Part shown: positions 1 to 9,066 of the stretch, piece by piece
Numbering within the stretch: position 1 is the first letter of the stretch
Layout of the letters: the number at the start of each line of letters is the position of its first letter
NCBI GenBank assembly: GCA_963770895.1
Contig: CAVYRF010000002.1
Coordinates: forward strand, 3,588,555-3,652,554
Source: an uncultured Acidobacteriota bacterium
Lineage (GTDB): Bacteria; Acidobacteriota; Thermoanaerobaculia; Multivoradales; UBA5704
Length of the DNA: 64,000 nt
Direction of reading: 5' to 3'
Program-made: the position numbers and the translations under genes
Notes under the pieces: model-generated
Told to the model about the DNA's origin: nothing
The model's input: only the letters and a program-made list of their open reading frames with translations
Database searches by the model: none

Positions 1-18
1 ATCCAGGACGGCGACACG

Positions 19-1314
19 GTGCCGACGCGCCTGCTGCCGTTCGCCATCTGGCGGTCGGGGACGGTGAGCCTCGATGCCGTGGGCGAGCTGGCGACGGCGG
101 TGCCGCCGGGCAAGGCGTACCACGATGCCTACTGGCTGGCGTGGCGCGGCGGGCATCTCCACTCGACGTACCCGATCGTGGCGCCGGTGCTTTTGGCGCC
201 GCTCTATGCGCCGGCCGTCGGCTATCTTGCCTGGGCGGGGTGGGAGCCGTGGCGGCTCCAGAACACCTCGCTGCGCATGGAGAAGCTGACTGCTGCGCTG
301 GTGGCGGCGCTGTCGGTAGGCCTCTTCTATGTGCTGGCGCGGCGGCGTGTCGAGCGCTCACCGGCCTTCCTCGGCGCCATCGCCTACGGCTTCGCCACGG
401 GCACGTGGGTCATTTCCAGTCAGGCACTGTGGGTTCACGGCCCGGCCGAGCTGCTGGCAGTCTGCCTGCTGCTTGCGGCGACCGTGCGCCAGCCGTCGAT
501 CGCGAGCCTCGGCGGAGCTGGTGTAGCCGCCGGCCTTGCGGCGGTCAACCGCCTGCCGGATGCCGCGCTGGTGGTGGTCCTGATCGTGCTCGCGCGGTGC
601 GCGCGCTGGCGGGTGCTGTGGGCGGTGGGCGCCGCAGCGCTGGCGGCCGCGCCGTTCCTGCTCTACAACTTCAACACATTCGGGCACTGGGCCGGCGGCT
701 ACGCCTGGGCCGCCACGGGCTCCCACCCATACCTCGCCTTCCCACAACTGCCGGGAGTGGCCGGGTTGTTGGTGAGCCCCGCCAAGGGGCTCCTGGTCTT
801 CTCTCCCTTCTTCATCTTCCTGGCTGGACGCTTCGTGCCGCGGAAGCTCCAGCTTCCGCCCGGAGCGACCGCTGGCGTCGAGGTGGCCCGGGAGCCGCTT
901 TACCTCCTCGACCTGGCCGTGCTCGCCGCCTTCCTGGCGCAGCTCTACGCCTACAGCCGCTCGGACTTCCGGGCCGGCGCGTGCTACGGCCCGCGCTACC
1001 TGACGGACAGCTATCCGCTCTTGATCTGGCTGCTCCTGCCGGTCATCGCCCGGCTGCGCGGCAACTGGCTGCGAGCCTTCCTCGTCGCCGTGGCCGCTGG
1101 CATCGCGATCGAGGGGGTCGGCGCCTTCTGCTATCCGCGCGGCCACAGCGACGCTCTCTTCTACCCGCCCACACTCTCCCGCCGCATCATCGCGCCGAGC
1201 GTCTGGTCGCCGGCCAACGTCCCCTTCCTGCTCGAGGCGCGAGCCGGCATTGCGCCGTCCGAGCTGCTGCCGCACCGCGAGCAAGCCGGGACTTCCACGC
1301 TCCGCCGGCCCTAG
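19..1314 (+). CDS. Polytopic membrane protein, GT-C-fold glycosyltransferase-like (PMT/ArnT/DUF2079-like). 5' end probably truncated by the window edge.
   Basis: 431-aa ORF with about 10 hydrophobic helices. Loops are rich in W/Y/H, as in GT-C membrane glycosyltransferases. It sits next to GT2 and sulfotransferase genes. Confidence 0.45.
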   Translation: MPTRLLPFAIWRSGTVSLDAVGELATAVPPGKAYHDAYWLAWRGGHLHSTYPIVAPVLLAPLYAPAVGYLAWAGWEPWRLQNTSLRMEKLTAALVAALSVGLFYVLARRRVERSPAFLGAIAYGFATGTWVISSQALWVHGPAELLAVCLLLAATVRQPSIASLGGAGVAAGLAAVNRLPDAALVVVLIVLARCARWRVLWAVGAAALAAAPFLLYNFNTFGHWAGGYAWAATGSHPYLAFPQLPGVAGLLVSPAKGLLVFSPFFIFLAGRFVPRKLQLPPGATAGVEVAREPLYLLDLAVLAAFLAQLYAYSRSDFRAGACYGPRYLTDSYPLLIWLLLPVIARLRGNWLRAFLVAVAAGIAIEGVGAFCYPRGHSDALFYPPTLSRRIIAPSVWSPANVPFLLEARAGIAPSELLPHREQAGTSTLRRP

Positions 1315-1399
1315 CCTTATCAGCGGATCATCTGGCAGTCGCACCTCCCACGGGAGTTTCTCAAAGAGATGGGAGTGCTGCAGCAGCGTCGCCATGCAG

Positions 1400-2158
1400 T
1401 CAGGTCTCCAACACCTCGCCGGAAAGGTCGACCCGGCGGCGCAGGTTCTGGCGTCGCATGAATTGTCGGACGTAGTCAAGTGCGCGGCCGCGATAGGTGT
1501 CGTAAAGCGGGTTCCTGGTGGGCTCGTGGTGGACGGAGACGGCTTCCGTATAGCCCACGCGGATCTTGCCCAGATGAGTGTAGAAGTAGGCGAAGTGCTC
1601 GCCGATCTTCAGCGCCTCGTCCCAACGGTATCGACGGAGCACGCGAGCAGGCGCCAACAATTGGCTGGGCGCGAAGTCGACCAACCGCACCGGTCCCACC
1701 TCTCCGCGCGACGCCCGGTGGCATTCCACCACGCCATCGCTCACCGAGTACAATCCCCAGAAGCCGGTGCTGTCGTCGATCCCTAGAAGGTCGACCCGCG
1801 CCGCCTCGAGAAGCTCCTCTGCCCTGCGCAGGTCCGTGTCCTGACCGAAGAAGCAGTCGTCATCGCAGTTGAAGACGTAGTGCGTCTTCGCCAGGCGGAC
1901 GCCGTGATTGCGTCCTGCCGAAACGCCGACGTCGAAGCCGAGGTGAACGTAGAGCGTCGCAGGTTCGTGCGCGGAGCGCGCCAGGAGTGCGCGATTGGCC
2001 TCGCGGCTGTCGTCGACGACGACTACCGGGATCGCCGGGTAGCGCGCCCGGATGCTGGTGATCAGGCGATCGACCGCTTCCGGACGCTCGAAGGTTTTGA
2101 TCACGACGGTCGTTTGCCGCGGAGGTTCCATGAGCACAGTCTTGTTACCCAGGAGCAT
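1400..2158 (-). CDS. Family 2 (GT-A) glycosyltransferase
   Basis: Motifs 'VVIKTFERPEAVDRLITSI', 'PVVVVDDS' and the 'NCDDD' DxD motif are visible in the ORF. Protein is about 250 aa. An alternative start at MEPP (2131) is possible. Confidence 0.7.
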   Translation of the reverse strand: MLLGNKTVLMEPPRQTTVVIKTFERPEAVDRLITSIRARYPAIPVVVVDDSREANRALLARSAHEPATLYVHLGFDVGVSAGRNHGVRLAKTHYVFNCDDDCFFGQDTDLRRAEELLEAARVDLLGIDDSTGFWGLYSVSDGVVECHRASRGEVGPVRLVDFAPSQLLAPARVLRRYRWDEALKIGEHFAYFYTHLGKIRVGYTEAVSVHHEPTRNPLYDTYRGRALDYVRQFMRRQNLRRRVDLSGEVLET

Positions 2159-2199
2159 TCATGCGTCGAGCTGCTGGCATCGCGGGGTCTACCTGGTGC

Positions 2200-4008
2200 T
2201 CAACCGCTTGTGGGCTGACTCCGCGAGGGGGCATCGACCGCGGCTATTCGCCGCGCCGTGCCTCGACCCAGAAGGCGGAGCAGCCATGCGCGACAGCGCC
2301 AGGCTCGCGTGCCTTCCATGAACCGGACGCGGTCCTGCCAGCGTCCGAGCTCGTTGTGGAGCCGCTCGCGTTCGGCGGCGAGGAGATCGTTCGCCGTACG
2401 GAGTTTGGCTTCTGCCGCGGCCCGGTCTTCCTGCATCGCAACCAGCAGGTGCGGGAACCGCGATAGGTATAGCCGCTCATGCCTGCGGACGATGCACTCC
2501 TGGAGGGGCATGCTGAATTCCCTACGCTCGCACATCGAGACCATCGAATGAGGGCGCAAGCGATGATCGAAGCTCAGCACCGGCAGGTGACGGAATCCCC
2601 AGCCCTGCTCCGCGAGCGCAATCCAAAACTCCCAGTCCTCCCAGGCGGGGAGCTCGCGGGCGTAGCCCCCGCAACTCGACCAGGCCTCCTTTCTGAATAC
2701 CGCGCAGGAGGCCACGTAGTTGCCGCATAGCATTCGGTCGAGGTCGAAATCCGGGACCTTGATATCGGCGGACCGCAGGCCGAACGTGTGGCGATCACCG
2801 TAGACCACCCCGAGGCGAGGCTCCTCATCGAGAAGCGCCACCGCCGCCTCGACGAAATGCCCACGCAGGCGGTCATCGGCGTCCAGGGTCAGGATGTAGG
2901 GCCCCTGGGCGCGGGCGATGCCCGCATTGCGGGCCTGCGACAGACCGACGCCCACTTCGTCCAGGATGTCGTAGCCAGCCTGTCGCAACCGACCCAGGAC
3001 CTCGAGGGTTCGCGGCTGCCGAGAGCCGTCGTTGACGACAATGATCTCGCTGGTGGGCGCCGCGGCCTTCACGCTTGCGACGGCCTCGACGAGCAGCTCG
3101 CCGTGGTCGCGGCAGGGGATGACCACCGATACGCGCGGCGAGGCCGGTTTCGGCCGTGTCCGGGCTGAGCGCCGCTCGCGCACCAGGCCGGTCACCGGCA
3201 GATCGGCAGCCTCCTGCAGCTCGCCGTACAGGCCGAAAGCCTCGGGGCTGGTGGCCGCGACCAGATCGATCAGGGGGTGATCCAGAGGGTGGGCGCGCAG
3301 TCCCTCGTCTCCACGCAGGCGGGCAGGCAAATCGAGCTCCAGCGGAAGCCCGAACCGTGCAGCCAGGAGGTCGGTGAACCTGCGCGGCTCGGACAGCACG
3401 GCTTCGATCGAAATGAGGAGCGAGCGCTCTGCGTGGCGGCGACGAAAGTCCAGCAACCGGCGATTGTAGAAAGTCCAGATGCGGTAGCCATACTCCGGAT
3501 TGCTCAGAAAGACGTCGGCACCGATCCGCTGCATGGCGTCGGCCACATCCCAGGGTGCCCGGTAGACAAGCAGATAGCCAGGCGCGAGCCCGGCGTCCTT
3601 GGCCAGATCGTCCCAGAAGTCGAGCACCAGCGTCGTGCGCGGATCCTTCCACCCCCAGCGGCATCCATCGTCGTGGGCCATCAGCAGCTCGCGTGCCGAA
3701 TCCTTCACAGCGGCTGCAGGGCCAACGTCCCACGCCTCGGTCTCCGTCCAACCCCAGTCCCGATGTCCGGCCGCGGCCTCTGTGCAGGAGAGCATCAGCT
3801 GCCGGTTGACGGCGAGGAACTCCTGGTCCTCGAAATAGCCGCGCGGATTGTTGGCATCGGCCGCGACGAGCCGCGTCCCCATCGCGACACCGCCAGCGGC
3901 GAGGATCGAGGCCAGGTAAGACGTGCCGGAACGATGCATTCCAGCCACGACGATCGGCGAAACATGGGGGGTTCCTGCGGTGGTGGAGCCTGAGGTCCGC
4001 TCCTTCAT
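2200..4008 (-). CDS. Bifunctional sulfotransferase (N-terminal) and GT2 glycosyltransferase (C-terminal) fusion with a C-terminal coiled coil
   Basis: N-terminal 'GMHRSGTSYLASIL' resembles a PAPS-binding P-loop (5'-PSB). The central region has 'VSVVIPCRDHGELL...EIIVVNDGS...LTLDADD', a GT2 core with a DxD motif. The C-terminus is heptad-rich. Confidence 0.65.
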   Translation of the reverse strand: MKERTSGSTTAGTPHVSPIVVAGMHRSGTSYLASILAAGGVAMGTRLVAADANNPRGYFEDQEFLAVNRQLMLSCTEAAAGHRDWGWTETEAWDVGPAAAVKDSARELLMAHDDGCRWGWKDPRTTLVLDFWDDLAKDAGLAPGYLLVYRAPWDVADAMQRIGADVFLSNPEYGYRIWTFYNRRLLDFRRRHAERSLLISIEAVLSEPRRFTDLLAARFGLPLELDLPARLRGDEGLRAHPLDHPLIDLVAATSPEAFGLYGELQEAADLPVTGLVRERRSARTRPKPASPRVSVVIPCRDHGELLVEAVASVKAAAPTSEIIVVNDGSRQPRTLEVLGRLRQAGYDILDEVGVGLSQARNAGIARAQGPYILTLDADDRLRGHFVEAAVALLDEEPRLGVVYGDRHTFGLRSADIKVPDFDLDRMLCGNYVASCAVFRKEAWSSCGGYARELPAWEDWEFWIALAEQGWGFRHLPVLSFDHRLRPHSMVSMCERREFSMPLQECIVRRHERLYLSRFPHLLVAMQEDRAAAEAKLRTANDLLAAERERLHNELGRWQDRVRFMEGTRAWRCRAWLLRLLGRGTARRIAAVDAPSRSQPTSG

Positions 4009-4116
4009 GCTGCGAAATCTACCGCATTTCCAGGCCCAGGGCGGTGAATCCTGCCCGCGAGCGGATCACCAGAGGCCACGCAGCCCCAGTGATTGCCGGC
4101 GGGCGGGCGCGGGCGG

Positions 4117-4845
4117 TCAGGCGGGCTCGGCGGTACCGCCCAGGTAGGCGGCGCGGACGCGGGGGTCCTGGCGCAGGTCGGCGGCGGGGGCGTCGAGCTG
4201 GATGCGGCCGTGCTCGATGACGTAGCCGTAGTCGGCGAGGTCGAGGGCGCGATAGGCGAGCTGCTCGACCAGGAGCATGGTGAGGCCGCGCTGCTTGAGG
4301 TCGTGCAGGCGGCGGAAGACTTCGTCGATGAGCAGCGGGGCCAGGCCCATGGAGGGCTCGTCGAGCATCAGCAGGGTGGGCCGCAGCATGAGGGCGCGGC
4401 CGATGGCGAGCATCTGCTGCTCGCCGCCTGAAAGGGTGCCGGCGAGCTGCCCGATGCGGTCCTTGAGGCGCGGGAAGAAGTCGAAGACGGCGGCGCAGTC
4501 GGTGGCGAGCTCGGCGCGGGAGCGGGTGCTGCGCAGGCTGAAGGCGCCGAGCAGCAGGTTGTCGTGCACGGTCTGGTCGGGGAAGACGTGACGCCCCTCG
4601 GGCACGTGCGCGACGCGCAGGGCGGCGATCTTGTGCGGCGGCAGGCCGGTCAGGGAGCGGCCGGCCAGGGTGACGGTGCCGGCGGTGGGGGTGAGCAGGC
4701 CCGAGATGGCGCGCAGCAGGGTCGTCTTGCCGGCGCCGTTGCCGCCGATGACGCAGACGACCTGCCCGGGGGCGACGCGCAGCGAGACGCCGTGGAGGGC
4801 GCGCACCAAGCCGTAGTGAACGACCAGGTCGTGCACCTCAAGCAT
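4117..4845 (-). CDS. livF: Branched-chain amino-acid ABC transporter ATP-binding protein LivF
   Basis: Walker A 'GGNGAGKTT', ABC signature 'LSGGEQQMLAIGRAL' and Walker B 'LMLDEPSMGLAP' are present. Typical LivF length. Last gene of the liv operon. Confidence 0.85.
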   Translation of the reverse strand: MLEVHDLVVHYGLVRALHGVSLRVAPGQVVCVIGGNGAGKTTLLRAISGLLTPTAGTVTLAGRSLTGLPPHKIAALRVAHVPEGRHVFPDQTVHDNLLLGAFSLRSTRSRAELATDCAAVFDFFPRLKDRIGQLAGTLSGGEQQMLAIGRALMLRPTLLMLDEPSMGLAPLLIDEVFRRLHDLKQRGLTMLLVEQLAYRALDLADYGYVIEHGRIQLDAPAADLRQDPRVRAAYLGGTAEPA

Positions 4846-6706
4846 GGAGGCCTCCGGCGGCGGCAGTGCCGAGATAGGCGCCGATGACGCGCTCGTCCTG
4901 CCGCACCTGGTCGGGGGTGCCGTTGGCGATGCGTTGGCCGAAGTCCAGCACGGTCACCTCGTCGGAGACCGACATGACCAGGTCCATGTGGTGCTCGATC
5001 AGGAGGATGGCCAGACCGCGCCGGCGCAGGGCGTCGATCAGGGCATCGATGGTGGCGATCTCGCCGCTGGTCAGGCCCGCGGCCGGCTCGTCGAGCAGCA
5101 GCACTGCCGGATCGCCGGCCAGGGCGCGGGCGATTTCCAGCAGGCGCTGCTTGCCGTAGGGGAGGCTCTTGGCCGGCTCGGCGGCGCGCTCGGCCAGGCC
5201 GACGAAGGCCAGCAGGTCGAGCGCCCGCGCCCGCGCCTGGCGCTCCTCGCGGCGCGACCGCGGGGTGGCCAGGAGCACCGGCGCCAGGCCGCCCTGGAAG
5301 GTGTGCTGCAGGCCGACCAGCACATTTTCCAGGACGCTCATCTGGCCGAAGAGCGCGACGTTCTGGAAGGTGCGCGCGAGCCCCAGGCGCGAGATCTGGT
5401 GGGGCGCGGCGTGCGCGATGGAGCGCCCGCGCAGCTGGATGTCGCCGGCGCTCGGCCGGTAGATGCCGGACAGAAGGTTGACGGTGGTGGATTTGCCGGA
5501 GCCGTTGGGGCCGATGAGCGCATGCACGCGGCCGGCGCGCAGCACCAGGTTCAGGCGGTCCACCGCCACCAGGCCGCCGAAGGCGATGGTCAGGTCGCGG
5601 GTGGTGAGCACGGCATCGCCGGCGGTGCCGGCGAGATTGGTGGGGTTGGCGACGTTGGCAGCGTTGCCGGTGCCGGTAAGGTTGGCGGCGTTTGCAGGGT
5701 TGGCGGCGTCATCGGCGCGGCGGCGCGGGGCGAAGCGGCGGACCAGCGCTCCGGCCAGGCCGGCGATGCCGTCGGGGCGCAGGTAGAGGGTGATCAGCAG
5801 CAGGGCGCCGAAGATCATCAGCTGGTATTCGGCGATGGCGTTGAAGATGTCGGGCACCACGATCACCACGAAGGTGCCGACCAGGTTGCCGAGGATCGAG
5901 CGGGTGCCGCCAAAAATCAGGGCGATCAGAAAGAGGATCGACAGCTGCAGCGAGAAGGTGGGCGGGCCGATGTACTTGTCGACGTGGACGAACAGGGCGC
6001 CGGCCAGCCCCGCCAGGGCGGCGCTCAACACGAAGGCCGCCAGCTTGAAGCGATAGCGGTTGACGGCGCAGCATTCCGCGGCGATGGCGTTTTCGCGCAG
6101 GGCTTCGAAGGCGCGCCCCCAGTAGCTGGCGGCGAGGCGATGGACCGCCACCAGCGACAGCACCATCAGCGGGTAGACCAGGTAGTAGAAGTGGTTGCCT
6201 TCGAAGTCCAGGGGCCCCCAGCGCAGCGCCGGCACGTCGCGGATGCCCTGCGAGCCGTTGGTCAGGCCGACGGCTTCGTTGGCGACGGTCTGCACGATGA
6301 GGCCGAAGGCGATGGTGGCCATCGCCAGGTAAGGGCCGGTGAGGCGCAGCGCCGGCATCCCGAGCAGCAGACCGAAGAGTGCGCCGACGACCACCGCCGC
6401 GGGCGCCGCCAGGAAGAACGGCGTCCCCAGCTTCCACATCAGGATCGCCGCGGTGTAGGCGCCGGCGGCGAAGAGTCCGGCGTGGCCGACCGAGACCTCG
6501 CCCGAGTAGCCGACCACCAGGTCGAGCCCGGCGATGACGATGGTGAAGATGCAGATCTTGGCCAGGACGCTGTGGATGTAGTACTCGTTGGCGCTGGCGA
6601 GCGGCGCGAAGGCGCCGGCGACGACCAGCGCCGGCAGGGCGAAGCGGCGGACGGCGGCGCCGGCGCGTCCGCCGGCGAAGCTGCCCGCCAAGCCGTCGCT
6701 CCCCAC
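4838..6706 (-). CDS. LivM permease fused to LivG ATPase (single ORF)
   Basis: The N-terminal half has about 8 TM helices of LivM type ('ANEYYIHSVLAKICIFTIV...'). The C-terminal half is an ABC ATPase ('LIGPNGSGKSTT', 'LPYGKQRLLEIARAL', 'LLLDEPAAGL'). The linker is N/A-rich and repetitive. GTG start. It overlaps livF by 8 nt. Confidence 0.8.
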   Translation of the reverse strand: MGSDGLAGSFAGGRAGAAVRRFALPALVVAGAFAPLASANEYYIHSVLAKICIFTIVIAGLDLVVGYSGEVSVGHAGLFAAGAYTAAILMWKLGTPFFLAAPAAVVVGALFGLLLGMPALRLTGPYLAMATIAFGLIVQTVANEAVGLTNGSQGIRDVPALRWGPLDFEGNHFYYLVYPLMVLSLVAVHRLAASYWGRAFEALRENAIAAECCAVNRYRFKLAAFVLSAALAGLAGALFVHVDKYIGPPTFSLQLSILFLIALIFGGTRSILGNLVGTFVVIVVPDIFNAIAEYQLMIFGALLLITLYLRPDGIAGLAGALVRRFAPRRRADDAANPANAANLTGTGNAANVANPTNLAGTAGDAVLTTRDLTIAFGGLVAVDRLNLVLRAGRVHALIGPNGSGKSTTVNLLSGIYRPSAGDIQLRGRSIAHAAPHQISRLGLARTFQNVALFGQMSVLENVLVGLQHTFQGGLAPVLLATPRSRREERQARARALDLLAFVGLAERAAEPAKSLPYGKQRLLEIARALAGDPAVLLLDEPAAGLTSGEIATIDALIDALRRRGLAILLIEHHMDLVMSVSDEVTVLDFGQRIANGTPDQVRQDERVIGAYLGTAAAGGLHA

Positions 6707-6709
6707 GTT

Positions 6710-7588
6710 TCAGACCTTGGTGATCGATCGCCGGCCGAAGATGCCGGAAGGTTTGATCAGCAGGATGAGGATGAGCAGGATGAATCCGGGCGTGTCCTTG
6801 TAGCCGGTCGAAATGTAGCGCGCGGTCAGCTGCTCGGCCAGGCCGATGAGCAGGCCGCCGACGATGACGCCGACGCCGGATTGCAGGCCGCCGACGATCG
6901 CCACCGCGAACGCCTTGATGCCGAGCAGCACACCCAGGGTGGGGCCGGCGAGCGTCAGCGGCGCCACCAGGACGCCCGAGACCGCGGCGATGGAGGAGCT
7001 GAGGATGAACGAGGCGGTGATCGCCGCCGGCACGTTGATGCCGGCCAGCGCCGCCGCCTCTTTGTCGGCCGCCACCGCGGTGACCGCCTTGCCCCACAGC
7101 GACCAGCGGCGGAACGCTTCGACGCCGGCCATGATCAGGGCGGCGGCGGCGATGACCAGCAGCTCCTGCGGCAGCAGGCGCAGGCTTCCCAGGCGCAGCG
7201 GCGCGCCGCCCAGGGGCGCCGGGAACGAATAGTCGTCGGTGCCCCAGATCCGCTCCGCGGCGTTGCGCGCCACGATCCCCAGGGCGACGGTGGCGAGCAC
7301 CCAGGCGACCGGCGAGCCGGTGCGCAGCGCCGGCCGGATGGCCAGGTGCTCCAGCACGAGGCCGAGCAGGATGCCGGCCAGCGCCGCGCCCAGCAGCGCC
7401 GCCGGGTAGCCCAGCTTGAGGCGCACGTCCAGGGTCAGGCCGACCAGGGCGCCCAGCATGAGGAATTCGCCCTGGGCGAAGTTGACGGTGCGCGAGGTCG
7501 AAAAGGTGATGCTGTAGCCGAACGCCACCAGCGCGTAGATCATGCCCAGGGCGATGCCGGACAGGATCAGCTGAACCAGGTCGCTCAT
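6710..7588 (-). CDS. livH: Branched-chain amino-acid ABC transporter permease LivH
   Basis: 'MSDLVQLILSGIALGMIYALVAFGYSITF' is a canonical LivH N-terminus. Eight TM helices. Its stop lies 3 nt before the livM-G start. Confidence 0.85.
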   Translation of the reverse strand: MSDLVQLILSGIALGMIYALVAFGYSITFSTSRTVNFAQGEFLMLGALVGLTLDVRLKLGYPAALLGAALAGILLGLVLEHLAIRPALRTGSPVAWVLATVALGIVARNAAERIWGTDDYSFPAPLGGAPLRLGSLRLLPQELLVIAAAALIMAGVEAFRRWSLWGKAVTAVAADKEAAALAGINVPAAITASFILSSSIAAVSGVLVAPLTLAGPTLGVLLGIKAFAVAIVGGLQSGVGVIVGGLLIGLAEQLTARYISTGYKDTPGFILLILILLIKPSGIFGRRSITKV

Positions 7589-7616
7589 GGGCGTTCGCCG
7601 CGCGGGTGTGCGACGG

Positions 7617-8855
7617 TCAGGGTTTCGGCGGCTGGACCTGGCCGCCCTGCACGACGCCCATGACGACGTTGGCGCTGTGAATGGCTTCGTGATCGGTGGC
7701 GCTGAACGGCTGCGAGAAGGTGGCGATCACGCCGTCATAGGGCTTTTGCAAGGTTTCCAGCGCCGCCTTGATCTGCGGCCCGGCGGTCGAGCCGGCCTGC
7801 TGGATCGCCTGGGCGATCAGGTAGAGCGAGTCGTACCCCTGTGCTGCCGACACGGCGGACGGGATGCGATCGTCCTTGAACTTCCGCTGATAGTCGGCGA
7901 TGAACTGCTTTGCCTTGGCGGTGGCGGCGCCGTTCTGGATGAAGGTCTGCGGCATGGTGGCGCCGTCGCCGTTGGCGCCCGCGGCTTCGATGAAGTTGGA
8001 CATCGACAGCGTCCAGCTGCCGATCATCGGCACCTTGTAGTCCAGCTTCTGCATGCCGTTGGCGATCTGCGCCAGCTCGGGGCCGATGCCGTAGACGAGC
8101 AGCGCCTGGGCGCCGGCGGCGCGCGCCTGTTCGAGCTGCGGCGTCATGTCGGTGTCCTTGATCTTGAACTTGCCGACGTAGACCGGCTGCACCCCGGCGG
8201 CGGCGATCGCGGTCTGCATCTTGGTGCAGCCGTTCTGGCCGTAGTTGGTGTCGTCGCACAGGAAGGCAACCTTTTTGAGCCCGCGCTTGACGACCGCTTC
8301 GTGCACGATCATTTCGGCCTGGATGTTGTCGCTGGCGGCGATGCGGAACACGTAGTTGTCGGGATTGTCCTTGAACAGTTCGTTGACCGGCGCCCCCGCC
8401 GAGACGTTGATCAGCAGCGGCACCTTGGCCTGCATCGGATATTTGTAGCTGGCCAGGGCGACGCCGGTGTTGATCGGTCCGAGCACGGCGACGACCTTTT
8501 GATTGCTGACCAGGTCCTGCATGACCTGGGCGCCGCGCTCGTTGGTGGCCTGATCGTCGCGCTCGACCAGCTCGATCTGCTTGCCGAGCACGCCGCCGTG
8601 GGCGTTGATCTCGTCGGCCGCCAGGCGCACGCCGTCGCGCATCGACAGCCCCATGGGCGACGAGCCGCCGGTCAGCGGGCCGTAGACGCCGATCTTGATG
8701 GTGTCGCCGCCGCCGGCACCACCGGCGCCCGGACCGCTCCCCGGCTTGGCGCAGCCGGCGACGAGCGCCAGGGCGAGCAGGGGCAGCGCCAGAAGGGTGG
8801 CGGTCCGCAGCAGGGTGCAGGTGGGTCGCGATTGCCGGAGCTGGGCTAGGAGCAT
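7617..8855 (-). CDS. livK: Periplasmic branched-chain amino-acid binding lipoprotein (LivJ/LivK family)
   Basis: 'DTIKIGVYGPLTGGSSPMGLSMRDGVRLAADEINAHGGVLGKQIELVERDD' matches the type I PBP (LIV-binding) fold. Lipoprotein signal 'LLALALVAGC'. Start chosen at the ATG at 8855, which has a GAGG RBS-like motif upstream (the ORF track extends to 8960). Confidence 0.8.
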   Translation of the reverse strand: MLLAQLRQSRPTCTLLRTATLLALPLLALALVAGCAKPGSGPGAGGAGGGDTIKIGVYGPLTGGSSPMGLSMRDGVRLAADEINAHGGVLGKQIELVERDDQATNERGAQVMQDLVSNQKVVAVLGPINTGVALASYKYPMQAKVPLLINVSAGAPVNELFKDNPDNYVFRIAASDNIQAEMIVHEAVVKRGLKKVAFLCDDTNYGQNGCTKMQTAIAAAGVQPVYVGKFKIKDTDMTPQLEQARAAGAQALLVYGIGPELAQIANGMQKLDYKVPMIGSWTLSMSNFIEAAGANGDGATMPQTFIQNGAATAKAKQFIADYQRKFKDDRIPSAVSAAQGYDSLYLIAQAIQQAGSTAGPQIKAALETLQKPYDGVIATFSQPFSATDHEAIHSANVVMGVVQGGQVQPPKP

Positions 8856-9066
8856 GGAAACCTCGCCAGGTTCAAGGGCCGCGTTGTGGTCGGCTCGACC
8901 CTGGGCCCGGTACCGAGCCCGGTCGATCGCCGCCGCGCGATCCTGTGTCATTGCTAGCACGATCGTTGCCGGGAGAATACCATTTCGTCACACGAGCGCC
9001 ATAGCCGGCCGGACTCGGGGTCATGGCGACTGCGCTGGCCGGGGGGGCGGTCGGGGCTGTCGCCTA

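Noticed and set aside
4844-7663. 939-aa plus-strand ORF, with many other long overlapping ORFs (for example 141..1475, 358..1479, 5709..7097, 8695..11148, 9737..10714, 12904..14217)
   Set aside because: They lie antisense or out of frame to genes with clear family motifs (liv permeases, GT-C, surface proteins). Their translations are Arg/Gly/Ala/Pro low-complexity typical of GC-rich antisense frames. They have no RBS or start context.
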